This document shows, in pieces, positions 39,801-49,483 of a stretch of DNA of 64,000 bases (the first letter of the stretch is position 1; each line of letters opens with the position of its first letter). The stretch is from an uncultured Actinomycetota bacterium (lineage in GTDB: Bacteria; Actinomycetota; Acidimicrobiia; Acidimicrobiales; Bog-793). A model generated the notes under the pieces. That model did no database searches. It was not told where the DNA came from and saw only the letters and a list, made by a program, of their open reading frames with translations. The position numbers and the translations under genes were made by a program. The stretch covers positions 77,020 to 141,019 of the forward strand of contig CAVWEW010000005.1 in the NCBI GenBank assembly GCA_963754255.1. Reading direction: 5' to 3'.

Positions 39801-40171
39801 TGCTCCTCACCGCTGCGATCGGCCTCGCCGGAGCAGCCGGGGCGGTCTCCCGTTACCAGGTCGAGCGCCTCGCCGGCCGGTGGTTCGACGACCCCTTTCC
39901 TTTCGGAACTCTGATCGTCAACCTCGGCGGCTCGCTCGTTCTCGGCCTGCTCATCGGCCTGTCGTGGTACCACGGGCTCGGCGGCTCGCTCGCCACCGTA
40001 GTTGGTGTCGGTGGCTGCGGCGGTCTCACGACCTGGTCCACGGCCAGCTGGGAGACGGTAAGGCTCTTCGCGGACGGCATGCCCGGTCGGGCCATGTTGA
40101 TCGGTCTCGGCAGCCTGCTGGCTGCGTGTCTGGCCGCCGCATGTGGGATCGCGGCCGCCGGCGCTCTGTAA
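39800..40171 (+). CDS. crcB: Fluoride channel Fluc subunit 2
   Basis: GAAGAVSRY, FPFGTLIVNLGGSLVLG, GGCGGLTTWSTA; TGATG overlap. Confidence 0.92.
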   Translation: MLLTAAIGLAGAAGAVSRYQVERLAGRWFDDPFPFGTLIVNLGGSLVLGLLIGLSWYHGLGGSLATVVGVGGCGGLTTWSTASWETVRLFADGMPGRAMLIGLGSLLAACLAAACGIAAAGAL

Positions 40172-40283
40172 CCGGCTGTGGCGTAACGATGCCTCGCAAC
40201 TCACCTCGCGAGCCGCCCGTGTGGGCCGCAAGTCCTACAGGCGCTGTCCCCCACCCTTCGGTGGGACCGGCCCCTCGGCTCTC

Positions 40284-41219
40284 TCAGACGGTGAGCAGGT
40301 CCCTGGCGCCGGTGTCGCTCGACGGGTGCCGTAGCTTCGACATCGCCCTGGCCTCGATCTGGCGGATGCGTTCCCGGGTCAGGTTGAAATGCTCGCCCAC
40401 CTCTTCGAGCGTGCGTGGCTCCCCCCGGTCCAGCCCGAACCTCAGCCGCAGGATCTCGCGCTCCCGCTCGTCGAGTGGGGCCAGCAGCCGGTTGATCTCG
40501 ACCGGGAGCAGGGCGGTGGCGGCCATCTCGAACGGCGATTCCGCCGACCGGTCCTCCACGACATCGCCCAGCTCGGCATCGCCGTCCTCCCGGAGCGGCT
40601 CAGACAGAGAGAGCGGCTCGGCGCGGAAACGCAGAGCTTCGATCAGCTTGTCCTCGGGTAGCTCCACCTCTGCCCCGAGCTCGGCCAGGGAGGCGGGGCG
40701 CCCGAGCTTCAGCTCCAGGCGCACCTGTGCCTTCTGGACCCGGGCGAGCGTGTCGCCCGCGTGCACCGGGAGGCGGATCGTCCGGCCGGTGTTGGCGATG
40801 CCCCTCGTGATCGCCTGGCGGATCCACCACGTCGCATAGGTCGAGAACTTGAATCCCTTGCGCCAGTCGAACTTCTCGACCGCGTGCATGAGGCCGAGGT
40901 TGCCCTCCTGGATGAGGTCGAGCAGGGGCAGCCCGGAAGCCTGGTACTTCTTGGCGATTGACACCACGAGGCGCAAGTTGGACTGGACAAAAGTTCGTTG
41001 GGCTGTCTCGCCGTCGCGGCAGCACCGGGCCAGCTCGCGTCGGCGGGTGGGCGTGACGCCCTTCTTCGCCTGGAGCTCTTCCTCCGCCTCCCACCTGGCC
41101 TCTATCGCCTGGGCGAGCCGAACCTCGTCGTCTTTCGTCAGCAGCGGATACTGGCCGATATCGGTGAGGTACAGGCGGACGAGGTCTTCCTCGTCCCTTT
41201 CGACTCGCTCCTTCGCCAA
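40284..41219 (-). CDS. RpoD-like sigma-70 factor lacking region 1.1 (group 2/SigB-like)
   Basis: DLVRLYLTDIG, NLRLVVSIAKKY, DLIQEGNLGL, FSTYATWWIRQAI, TRERIRQIE; TTG start after GGAGG. Confidence 0.93.
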   Translation of the reverse strand: MAKERVERDEEDLVRLYLTDIGQYPLLTKDDEVRLAQAIEARWEAEEELQAKKGVTPTRRRELARCCRDGETAQRTFVQSNLRLVVSIAKKYQASGLPLLDLIQEGNLGLMHAVEKFDWRKGFKFSTYATWWIRQAITRGIANTGRTIRLPVHAGDTLARVQKAQVRLELKLGRPASLAELGAEVELPEDKLIEALRFRAEPLSLSEPLREDGDAELGDVVEDRSAESPFEMAATALLPVEINRLLAPLDEREREILRLRFGLDRGEPRTLEEVGEHFNLTRERIRQIEARAMSKLRHPSSDTGARDLLTV

Positions 41220-41391
41220 CGTCCCGAAGCCTCCGTGTGTCGCAAAAAATTGGGGGGATCGCACCGGGTGCGGCGCGCTGTCGAGTTACAGGCCTCGAGT
41301 CCCCGAATGATCCTGGGGGGTCCGCTACAGGACCCTCGAGACTGCGCTTGCCATAACTTTCGTCATGTCTCGTTTTAGTGTACCGGGGGCG

Positions 41392-41991
41392 TCAAGGACG
41401 CCTACAGGCTGTTTTTTCGGCAACCTCGGACGCCGAGTTGAGCTCTGCGCGCAGATCGGCGGCCACGCGGGCCATCACGCGCAGGACCGGAGGGTCCGCC
41501 GCCGGGGAGTGAGCCGCCTGACGGGCCTCGTAGGCGCCGAGCAGGGCCGGGTAGAAGTAGGCGGCCACGTGAGCGACCAGTCCTGGGCCGTCGATCACGC
41601 CGCCGGGCGGTGGAGAAGGTTCCTCCAGGGGGCGCGATGGCGTGTGGGCAGGATGTTCGTCGGCCACGGGCCCGAGCCGGTCGAGGGCCTCGTCCACCGC
41701 CGCGCCGGCGGATCGAGTCAGCTGAGCCGCGCCAGGCAGACCGACGGAGACCGGCAGCAGTTCGGCGATGAGAGATGCTCGCCATGCCGCCGCCCGGCTC
41801 GCCGAATCCGCCCAGATCGCCACCGGGGCCGGTTCCAACGAGGCGGCCCGCCGGCCTACACGCTCGAAGAAACCCACCTCCACATACCGCAACCGCCCCA
41901 ACCCGGCCGCGGATTCCTCCAGGGTGAGGAAGGAAGGTGCGGGACCCGCCGGGGCCGCGCTCAACAGCCCGAGCAACTCGGCCGCGGTCAC
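41392..41991 (-). CDS. Hypothetical protein, possibly ferritin-like helical fold
   Basis: GTGA-coupled to the nadE stop; helical pattern LGRLRYVEVGFFERVG, ADPPVLRVMARV. Fold assignment is weak. Confidence 0.55.
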   Translation of the reverse strand: MTAAELLGLLSAAPAGPAPSFLTLEESAAGLGRLRYVEVGFFERVGRRAASLEPAPVAIWADSASRAAAWRASLIAELLPVSVGLPGAAQLTRSAGAAVDEALDRLGPVADEHPAHTPSRPLEEPSPPPGGVIDGPGLVAHVAAYFYPALLGAYEARQAAHSPAADPPVLRVMARVAADLRAELNSASEVAEKTACRRP

Positions 41992-43761
41992 CCCGGGACG
42001 CCGTCGGTGTCCCGGGTCGTGGCGGGCGGCCCGACCTCGTGGCGGTAGCGGTTCGTGATCGGCATGCGACGGTCCTTGCCGAAGGCTCGGCTGGTCACCC
42101 GCGGTCCCGGCGCCGCCTGCCGGCGCTTGTACTCGGCGCGGTCGACGAGCTCGATCACCTTTCTCACCGTGGCGGCGTCGTGCCCGTCGGCAACGAGCTC
42201 CTCCACGCTCTTGTCGAGCTCGACGTATCCCTGCAGGATCGGGTCGAGCTCGTCGTAGGAGGGGAGGCTCTCGTCGTCGCGTTGGCCCGGTCTGAGCTCG
42301 GCGGAGGGCGGTTTCTCGAGGACGGCCGCCGGGATGACGCCGGTGGCCCCCACTTCATTCCGGTAGCGGCACAGGTCGTAGACGAGGGTCTTCGGCACGT
42401 CCTTGATCACGGCGAAGCCTCCCGCCATGTCCCCGTACAAGGTGGCGTAACCGACGGCCATCTCGCTCTTGTTGCCCGTCGTGAGCACGAGCCAGCCGAA
42501 GTGATTCGAGAGCGCCATGACGACGACACCCCTGAGGCGGGCCTGGAGGTTCTCCTCGGCCAGGCCGGCGGGCCGGCCGGAGAAGGCAGGTTCGAGCATC
42601 TCCATGAATGCCGCGTGGGCCGGCTCGATCCCGACGGTGCGGGTGTCGATCCCCAGGTTGGCGGCCAAGGCGGTGGCGTCGGACACCGAGCCGGGCGAGG
42701 AGTAGCGCGAGGGCAGCATGACGCCGTGGGTGCGGGCAGGGCCGATGGCATCGACGGCGATGGCGGCGACGAGCGATGAGTCCACTCCGCCGGAGAGCGC
42801 CACGAGCACGTCCGAGAAGCGGTTCTTCTCGACGTAGTCCCTCGTCGCCACCACGAGGGCCTTGTAGACCTCCTCCGCCGGTTGGAGGAGGGGAGCCACC
42901 ACCGGCCGGCTGACCGAGACCGACCGGGGCGAGTCGGTGGCACCCTCCTCGGTGACCTCGACAGCCGGGAACGGATTGCCGTCGCCATAGCCGCGTGGGT
43001 CGAGGATCCGCTTGCGGTAGGACGGATGCAGCTCGACGTCGACGACGCTCATCGTCTCCTCGAACTGGGCGGACGCGGCGAGCAGCTCGCCGTCGCTGCC
43101 GAAGACCATCGAGCCGCCGTCGAAGACGAGCTCGTCCTGACCGCCCACGAGGTTTACGTAGGCGAGCACGACGGAGGCGTCGGCAGCCCTCGTGGCAAGC
43201 ATCCGGCGGCGCTCGGCGAGGACGCCGTGCCGGTACGGCGAGCCGTTGATCACGACGACGAGCTCGGCGCCCCCCGCCCCGAGCCGGGCGACGGGTCCAG
43301 TCGCGCTCCAGGCGTCCTCGCAGACGACGACCGCCGTCCTCACGCCGTTCACCAGGTAGAGCAGAGTCCTGACCCGAGCCCGGCCGGAACCAGCGGCGTT
43401 CGTCGAACACCCCGTAGTTCGGCAACAGCTCCTTGTGCCAGACACCGTGCACCTTGCCCCCGGCGAGGACGGCGGCGGCGTTGTAGAGGGCACCTTCCTC
43501 GTCGACGAAGCCCACGACGGCGGCGCAGCGCCTGCTGGCGGCGGCCACGCGGCTCAGCGCCCGCAGGTTGCCCTCCACGAACGACGGTTTGACGAGGAGA
43601 TCCTCAGGCGGGTAGCCGGTGAGCACCAGCTCGGGGAAGAGAGCCAGATCAGCGCCCTCGTCCTCGGCGGCGGCGAGCGCGCCGATCACCTTCTCGACGT
43701 TGCCGTCGAGGTCGCCGACGGTCGGATCGAGCTGGCACAGGGCGACGCGCAGGTAGCCCAC
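41988..43761 (-). CDS. nadE: Glutamine-dependent NAD+ synthetase (frameshift near 43370)
   Basis: Nitrilase domain FPELVLTGYPPEDL, KELLPNYGVFDE, VCEDAW; synthetase SGGVDSS, ENLQARLRG, TGNKSE, KPPSAELRP. Confidence 0.96.
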
Positions 43762-43930
43762 CGTGCCAGCCTACGCCGCCGCCTGGTAGCTCCGTCCCGG
43801 CGCGCTGGTACGGGCCTGCATTGCCGCCTTGTCAGCCGTTACGGTCTGCCGACGCGGACTGCGCAATGTAGCCTCCTCCACCGCTAGAGCGGCTTTCCAT
43901 GAGCCGCTCGTGGGGAGAGGGGAAGCTTTA

Positions 43931-45074
43931 ATGAGACGCAATATTTTCGTGGGAACCGCACGGGTTCCCGGCCGGCCGTACGCCCGCCGGTGGAGCCTGC
44001 GCGTAGCTGCGCTGTCAGCCGGTGGGGCAGTCGCCCTCGGCGCGGGAGTGCTGACGGCGGGCCCGGCAATGGCGTCGCCACAGCCGAGCTGTGGAGACGT
44101 CCTCACAGCGAGCGTGACTCTGACGGCGAACCTCGACTGCTCGTCCTATACCGCCGGCCCGGCGCTCACGATCAACTCCAACAACATCACGCTCAATCTC
44201 GGCGGTTACACCATCACCGGGCCGGGAGGGAGCAGCGACACAGATGGCGTGCAGATCGGCGCCAACGGGCACGCTCCCGGCTCCGACACGGTGACGAACG
44301 GCATCATCGAGAACTTCGAAATCGACGTCGATGTCACTGCGGCTCGTAACCTTGCTCTCAGCAAGCTGCAGCTGCTGTTCGACACCGCCGACACCTATTA
44401 CGGCATCTACGCCTACTACGTCGCCGTCGGCACGTTCTCGAATGTCACCGCACAGGACGCCTCCTACGGTATCTATCTGCTACGGACTCGTCGCAGGTGA
44501 CGATCTCCTACGCCAACCTCGACGGAAGCACCTACGGCATCTATAGCGAGTACGACGTCAACAGCACCTTCAGCCACTCGCACGACAGCGCCGGCGGGTC
44601 CTCAGCGTACGGGTTCTACGACGATTACTCGAACAACGACTCCTATGTGAGCGACACGGCCGACACTGAGTATTACGGGTTCTACCTCTACGGTGACGGC
44701 GAGGGAATCACGCAGGTGACGGATTCTTCGACGAGTACTCCCTCAGCGCCACCTACAGCCACAACCATGCCAATGGCAACGCTGGCTACGGCATGAACTT
44801 TTACTACCCGGGCAACGAAACGGTCACGCACAACACGACGAACCACAACACCGGCAGCGGCATCTACCTGGAGGATAATTACGGCGGCGAATACAACGTG
44901 AAGACCGCCTCGGACAACACCGCCGACTACAACTCCGACTACGGTCTGTACGCTGACTACGGGGCCCCCGGCTCGGCCAACACTGCCCTGCACAACACTC
45001 CGTACGACTGCTACAACTTCGTCTGCGGGTCAGCCTCTACCATCCCGAGGCACGGGCAGCCCGACCGGCCATAG
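43931..45074 (+). CDS. Secreted right-handed parallel beta-helix (NosD/pectin lyase-like) protein, frameshifts near 44480 and 44735
   Basis: Signal peptide, CGDVLTASVTLTANLDC, LNLGGYTITG, repeated YGIY/YGFY and Asn-rich repeats over three frames. Confidence 0.75.
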
Positions 45075-45124
45075 CTGGAAGAGGAGCCTCAGGCTCCCTG
45101 CTAAAGGCCTGCACTTTCCGTTTG

Positions 45125-45165
45125 GAGCTACTCGGGTGGGCGATGTCTTCCCACCCGGGTAGCTC
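45125..45165 (+). terminator. 16-bp stem hairpin downstream of the beta-helix gene
   Basis: GAGCTACTCGGGTGGG-N9-CCCACCCGGGTAGCTC (one G-U pair); weak U-tract. Confidence 0.65.
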
Positions 45166-45275
45166 TGTCCTCACCGGGCTCAAGAGCAGCTCGACCTACA
45201 GCTCTTGGCGGCTTCGAGCTCATTGCGTGGCAACCTGCAGCAGGTGCCCGGGCGGGAGCTCATTCGTCCCGGCGG

Positions 45276-48104
45276 ATGTATACGGTTACGTGCGTATCCG
45301 ACCGCGTACAACCTGAGGCGCTAGTCGCCACCGCTGCCGCTTCTGCCGCCCCGGCAGCGGTGAGGCTTCTCTTCGAGCGTTTAGCCGGCAACGCTGGGAC
45401 CGCCGAGCGGCTGGGCGACCACCACCTCGCCGCCACTATCGCGGCAGTGGCTGGAGCGAGCCGTTCGCTGGGGCGAGTGATCCTCACGGACCCGGCCGCC
45501 CTCGACGTGCTCGCCGGCGTGACAGCTGCCATCTTCCCGCCGAGGGAGGAGCCGGCGGCCACGTCATCGGCTTGGCCACCGAGTTATCTTCCCGACCCGC
45601 TGGCGGCGGTGGATCCCGACGATCTCGGTCGGCGAAAGAGGCTGGCGCTGCTCTCCATCGCCGCCCGCGACCTGGCCGGCCTCGACGATCTGGAGACTGT
45701 CGGCAGCTCTCTCTCGGCTCTCGCCGACGCCGTGCTGAAGGCCTCCTGCCGCCTCGCCGGCGCGGGTGAGGAGCACGGAGCCGGCCTCGCCGTGATCGCC
45801 ATGGGCAAGCACGGCGCCGGTGAGCTCAATTACGCCAGCGACGTCGACGTGGTGTTCGTGAGCCCGGCGGGGGAGCACGGGACTACGCAGGCCGTTGCCC
45901 TCGCCCGGCGAGTGCTCGCCATCGCCGGTCGGGCATTCCGGATCGATACCGATCTTCGCCCTGAGGGCCGCAATGGCGTTCTCACGCGCTCGCTCGACTC
46001 GTACTTGAACTATTGGCAACGATGGGCTCGTCCCTGGGAGTTCCAGGCGCTGCTGAAGGCCCGCTTCGCCGCCGGGGACCCAGACATCGGCCGCGCCTTC
46101 GAGCAGTGCTCGGCCGCCGCGCTGTGGGAGCGCCGCCTTCGTGCCGAGGATCTGGCCGAGCTGCGCTCGATGAAAGGGCGTGCAGAGCAGATGGTCTCCC
46201 GGCGAGGGCTCGCCGACCGGGAGATCAAGCGCGGCCGTGGCGGCATCCGCGACATCGAGTTCGCCGTCCAGCTGCTGCAGCTCGTCCACGGCGGCGCCGA
46301 CCCGTTGATCCGTCGTCCGGCCACGCTGCCGGCCCTGGCCGAGCTGGCGGCCGCCGGCTACATCGATGCCGGCGACGCCTCCGCCCTTGCCCTTGCCTAC
46401 CGGTTCCTCCGCACAGTCGAGCATCGCCTGCAGCTCGTGGAGGAGGCGCAGGTGCACACGATCCCGGACGATCCGGAAGCCCGGAAGGCGCTCGCCCGTG
46501 TGCTCGGGCTCAGCCGCGGGCTGGATGCTGTCCTCGCCCGGTACCAGGGATCGGCGCGGGCCATCCACGAGCGCCTCTTCTTCCGCCCGCTGCTCGAGGT
46601 CTTTGCCATGGGGACTGCCGGCCAGGTGAGCGAGGCGGGGGCGCCTGGCGAGCCCGACGGGCGTCTCAGCCAGGAGGCGGCCGAGGCCCGCCTGCAGGCA
46701 TTCGGCTTCCGCCAGGCCGACCGCACCCGCCAGGCGCTGGCGGAGCTGACCCGTGGGCTCACCCGGTCCTCCCGGCTCATGCAACAGCTGCTGCCGGTGC
46801 TGCTGGGTTGGCTCTCGGAGACTCCGGATCCCGATCAAGGGCTCTTCGGGCTGCGGACCCTCGTCGCCTCGCGTCACCGTCGCGATGTGGTGGTGGCCGC
46901 CTTCCGGGAGTCGCCCGAGCTAGCGAGACGTCTCTGCTTCCTCCTCGGGACGGGGCGACAGCTGGGGGAGCTGGTGGGGCGCCAGCCCGGGCTGGCGACT
47001 CGCCTCGGCGATGATCGCGAGCTCATGGCCCCCCCGCCGGCCGAGCTGCGGGAGCGCGCCTCTCGGGCTGCCGGCCTCCCCGGCGGCAGGGGTCAGGCAG
47101 CGCTTCGCCACCTGGTCCAGGCCGAGACGCTCCGCATCGCCGCAGCCGACATCCTCCTCGATGCACCGCTTGCGGCGACGACCACGCAGCTGGCCGTCCT
47201 CGGCGACGCCGTGCTGGCGGCGGCGCTGGAAGCGGTCGCGCCGGCGCTGCCGATGGCAATCGTGGCTATGGGCCGCCTCGGCGGGGAGGAGCTGGCCTAC
47301 GGCAGTGACCTCGACGTGCTCATCGTCTACGAGGGCCACGGGGCCGGCGACGCCGCCCTCGCCGAGGAAGCCACGGCAGCCCTCTTCCGCCGGCTGAACG
47401 GCGCCACGCCTGCCGATCGCATCCTGACTGTCGACGCCTCGCTCCGGCCGGAGGGGCGCCAGGGGCCGCTCGCCCGCAGCCTGGACGCCTACGCCGAGTA
47501 TCACCGCCGCTGGATCGAGACATGGGAGAGGCAGGCCCTCCTGCGGGCGCGCCCGGTGGCGGGCGACGCCGCCCTCCTCGCCCGGTTCATGGAGCTGGTG
47601 GAGTCGGCTGTCTTCGGCGCCCCCTTCGGCGAGGCGGAGATCCGGTCCATCCGGCGGCTCAAGGCCCGGGTCGAGAGGGAGCGGATCCCAGCCGGTGAGG
47701 ACCCCAACTTCCACCTGAAGCTCGGCCGGGGCTCGCTGAGCGACATCGAGTGGCTCGTACAGCTGCTCCAGCTGACCCACGGCGTGCGGGGAACGGGCAC
47801 GTTGGCGAGTCTGGGTCGTCTGGGGGCCGCCGGCATCCTCGACTCGGGGGAGGCCACGGTTCTCTCGGAGGCGTACCGGTTCCTCTCCGAGACCCGCAAC
47901 CGTTGGCACCTCGTCGGCAATTTCATCGCCGGCTCCGGCGGCCTCGTCAGCTCGATGGGCTCGGACTCGCTACCGCAGGACCGCGATCAACTGGCGAAAC
48001 TGGCGAGGGCACTCGGCATGTCGCCGACCGACCTGCGGGAGGCCTACCGCCGGGTGACCCGAAGGGCGCGACAGGTGATGGAGCGCCGCTTCTACGGCCT
48101 GTGA
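45276..48104 (+). CDS. glnE: Bifunctional glutamine synthetase adenylyltransferase/adenylyl-removing enzyme
   Basis: Two nucleotidyltransferase domains: MGKHGAGELNYASDVD and MGRLGGEELAYGSDLD; LRPEGR x2; WEFQAL and WERQAL. Confidence 0.96.
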   Translation: MYTVTCVSDRVQPEALVATAAASAAPAAVRLLFERLAGNAGTAERLGDHHLAATIAAVAGASRSLGRVILTDPAALDVLAGVTAAIFPPREEPAATSSAWPPSYLPDPLAAVDPDDLGRRKRLALLSIAARDLAGLDDLETVGSSLSALADAVLKASCRLAGAGEEHGAGLAVIAMGKHGAGELNYASDVDVVFVSPAGEHGTTQAVALARRVLAIAGRAFRIDTDLRPEGRNGVLTRSLDSYLNYWQRWARPWEFQALLKARFAAGDPDIGRAFEQCSAAALWERRLRAEDLAELRSMKGRAEQMVSRRGLADREIKRGRGGIRDIEFAVQLLQLVHGGADPLIRRPATLPALAELAAAGYIDAGDASALALAYRFLRTVEHRLQLVEEAQVHTIPDDPEARKALARVLGLSRGLDAVLARYQGSARAIHERLFFRPLLEVFAMGTAGQVSEAGAPGEPDGRLSQEAAEARLQAFGFRQADRTRQALAELTRGLTRSSRLMQQLLPVLLGWLSETPDPDQGLFGLRTLVASRHRRDVVVAAFRESPELARRLCFLLGTGRQLGELVGRQPGLATRLGDDRELMAPPPAELRERASRAAGLPGGRGQAALRHLVQAETLRIAAADILLDAPLAATTTQLAVLGDAVLAAALEAVAPALPMAIVAMGRLGGEELAYGSDLDVLIVYEGHGAGDAALAEEATAALFRRLNGATPADRILTVDASLRPEGRQGPLARSLDAYAEYHRRWIETWERQALLRARPVAGDAALLARFMELVESAVFGAPFGEAEIRSIRRLKARVERERIPAGEDPNFHLKLGRGSLSDIEWLVQLLQLTHGVRGTGTLASLGRLGAAGILDSGEATVLSEAYRFLSETRNRWHLVGNFIAGSGGLVSSMGSDSLPQDRDQLAKLARALGMSPTDLREAYRRVTRRARQVMERRFYGL

Positions 48105-48106
48105 GA

Positions 48107-48132
48107 GATTGAGCCAGGCACAGGCTGGGAAT
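48107..48132 (+). promoter_or_regulatory. Possible SigF/SigB-type promoter of the TopIB gene
   Basis: GATT-N16-GGGAAT ending 5 nt before GTG 48138. Confidence 0.4.
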
Positions 48133-48137
48133 GTCCC

Positions 48138-49181
48138 GTGGCGATGCCACGCCTTCGCCGTTCAGATCTGAGTGGGCCTGGGATCAGGCGGCGGAGAAGG
48201 GGAAGAGGCTTCTCCTATGTGTCGCCGGACGGTACGCCGCTCAAGGATCCGGAGGTGCTCGAGCGCATCGAAGCACTCGTCATCCCGCCGGCATGGACCG
48301 ATGTCTGGATCGACCCCCATCCAAATGGACACATCCAGGCCGTGGGCACCGACGCGGCCGGCAGGCGGCAGTACCGCTACCACGACGAGTGGCGCCGGCG
48401 GCGGGATCTGGCGAAGTTCCACAAGATGGTCGACTTCGGGCGGGTGCTGCCGGAGGTGCGAGCAGTTGTGCAGTCCGACCTCGGCCGGCGGGGCTACCCG
48501 AGGGAACGGGTGCTCGCAGCCGCCGTCAGGCTGCTCGACATCGGCTACTTCCGCATCGGCGGCGAGGAGTACGCCGAAGAGCACGAGACGTTCGGCCTCG
48601 CCACCTTGGAGCGGGACCACGTGAGCGTGCGGGGCGCCGCCATGCGTTTCGACTACCCGGCCAAGGGCGGCCAGCGGCGGGTCATCACGGTGCGCGACGC
48701 CGACGTGGCCCCGCTCATCCGCCGGCTGCAGCGTCGTGATGACGACGGGCGCGACCTGCTCGCCTGGCGGAAGAACCGGTCCTGGGTGGACGTGCGGGCC
48801 GATGACGTCAACGAGTACGTGAAGGCATTGGCCGGCGAGGAATTCTCGGCAAAGGACTTCCGGACCTGGTCTGCGACCGTGCTGGCATGCGCCCATCTGG
48901 CGACTTCGTCGCCGGCGGCCTCCAACGCCGCCCGCCGGCGACTCGTCACCGCCGTCTGCCGGCAGGTCTCCGAGCAACTCGGGAACACCCCCGCCGTGTG
49001 CCGTTCCTCCTACATAGATCCGCGGGTATTCGAGCGACAAGACACCCGCGAGTACATCGCCCGGGCGATGCGATCCGTCTCCGACCTGGCCGCGATGGAC
49101 CCAGGCGCCCGCCAGATGATCGAGGCGGCCGTGGTGTCGGTGCTCGAGGAGGAGAGGCCGGCGGCTCAGCGGGTGGCTTAG
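48138..49181 (+). CDS. DNA topoisomerase IB (bacterial, poxvirus-like)
   Basis: IPPAWTDVWI, GRRQYRYH, YFRIG, AKDFRTW, LGNTPAVCRSSYIDP (catalytic Tyr). Confidence 0.95.
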   Translation: MAMPRLRRSDLSGPGIRRRRRGRGFSYVSPDGTPLKDPEVLERIEALVIPPAWTDVWIDPHPNGHIQAVGTDAAGRRQYRYHDEWRRRRDLAKFHKMVDFGRVLPEVRAVVQSDLGRRGYPRERVLAAAVRLLDIGYFRIGGEEYAEEHETFGLATLERDHVSVRGAAMRFDYPAKGGQRRVITVRDADVAPLIRRLQRRDDDGRDLLAWRKNRSWVDVRADDVNEYVKALAGEEFSAKDFRTWSATVLACAHLATSSPAASNAARRRLVTAVCRQVSEQLGNTPAVCRSSYIDPRVFERQDTREYIARAMRSVSDLAAMDPGARQMIEAAVVSVLEEERPAAQRVA

Positions 49182-49456
49182 GTCAGCGGCAAGCCGCCGG
49201 CGTCGTCGCCGGGCAAGCCGCCGGCGTCGTCGACCGCCGTCTCCTGCCTGAGGCGACGGGCCACGGCCATCGCTTCGGCAGCGGTGACGCCGGCGCGGGC
49301 GGCCACCCAGCAGGACACCGGAGCGGCCGTCCGCTCGGACGCGTGGGCGGCGATGCTGGCGAGGCCGAGGAGGGCGTTGAACTCCGTCTTGTCGGGCGCT
49401 GCGGTACCGAGCTCCTCGGCAAAACGGGCTACCCACTCGTATGCGCTCTCTGCCAT
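49178..49456 (-). CDS. DUF6457-like small protein
   Basis: EWVARFAEELG..LLGLASIAAHASERTAAPVSCWVA; tail with duplicated DDAGGLP (24-bp period). Confidence 0.7.
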   Translation of the reverse strand: MAESAYEWVARFAEELGTAAPDKTEFNALLGLASIAAHASERTAAPVSCWVAARAGVTAAEAMAVARRLRQETAVDDAGGLPGDDAGGLPLT

Positions 49457-49483
49457 CCGCCCACCGTATTCGGCCATCCGGCG

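Noticed and set aside
41988-43761. nadE as a pseudogene or as two-subunit genes
   Set aside because: The break falls inside the nitrilase domain, both halves are intact, and similar breaks occur throughout the window.
48138-49181. Tyrosine recombinase or mobile element
   Set aside because: Motifs fit TopIB; no att sites, terminal repeats, cargo genes or composition shift.
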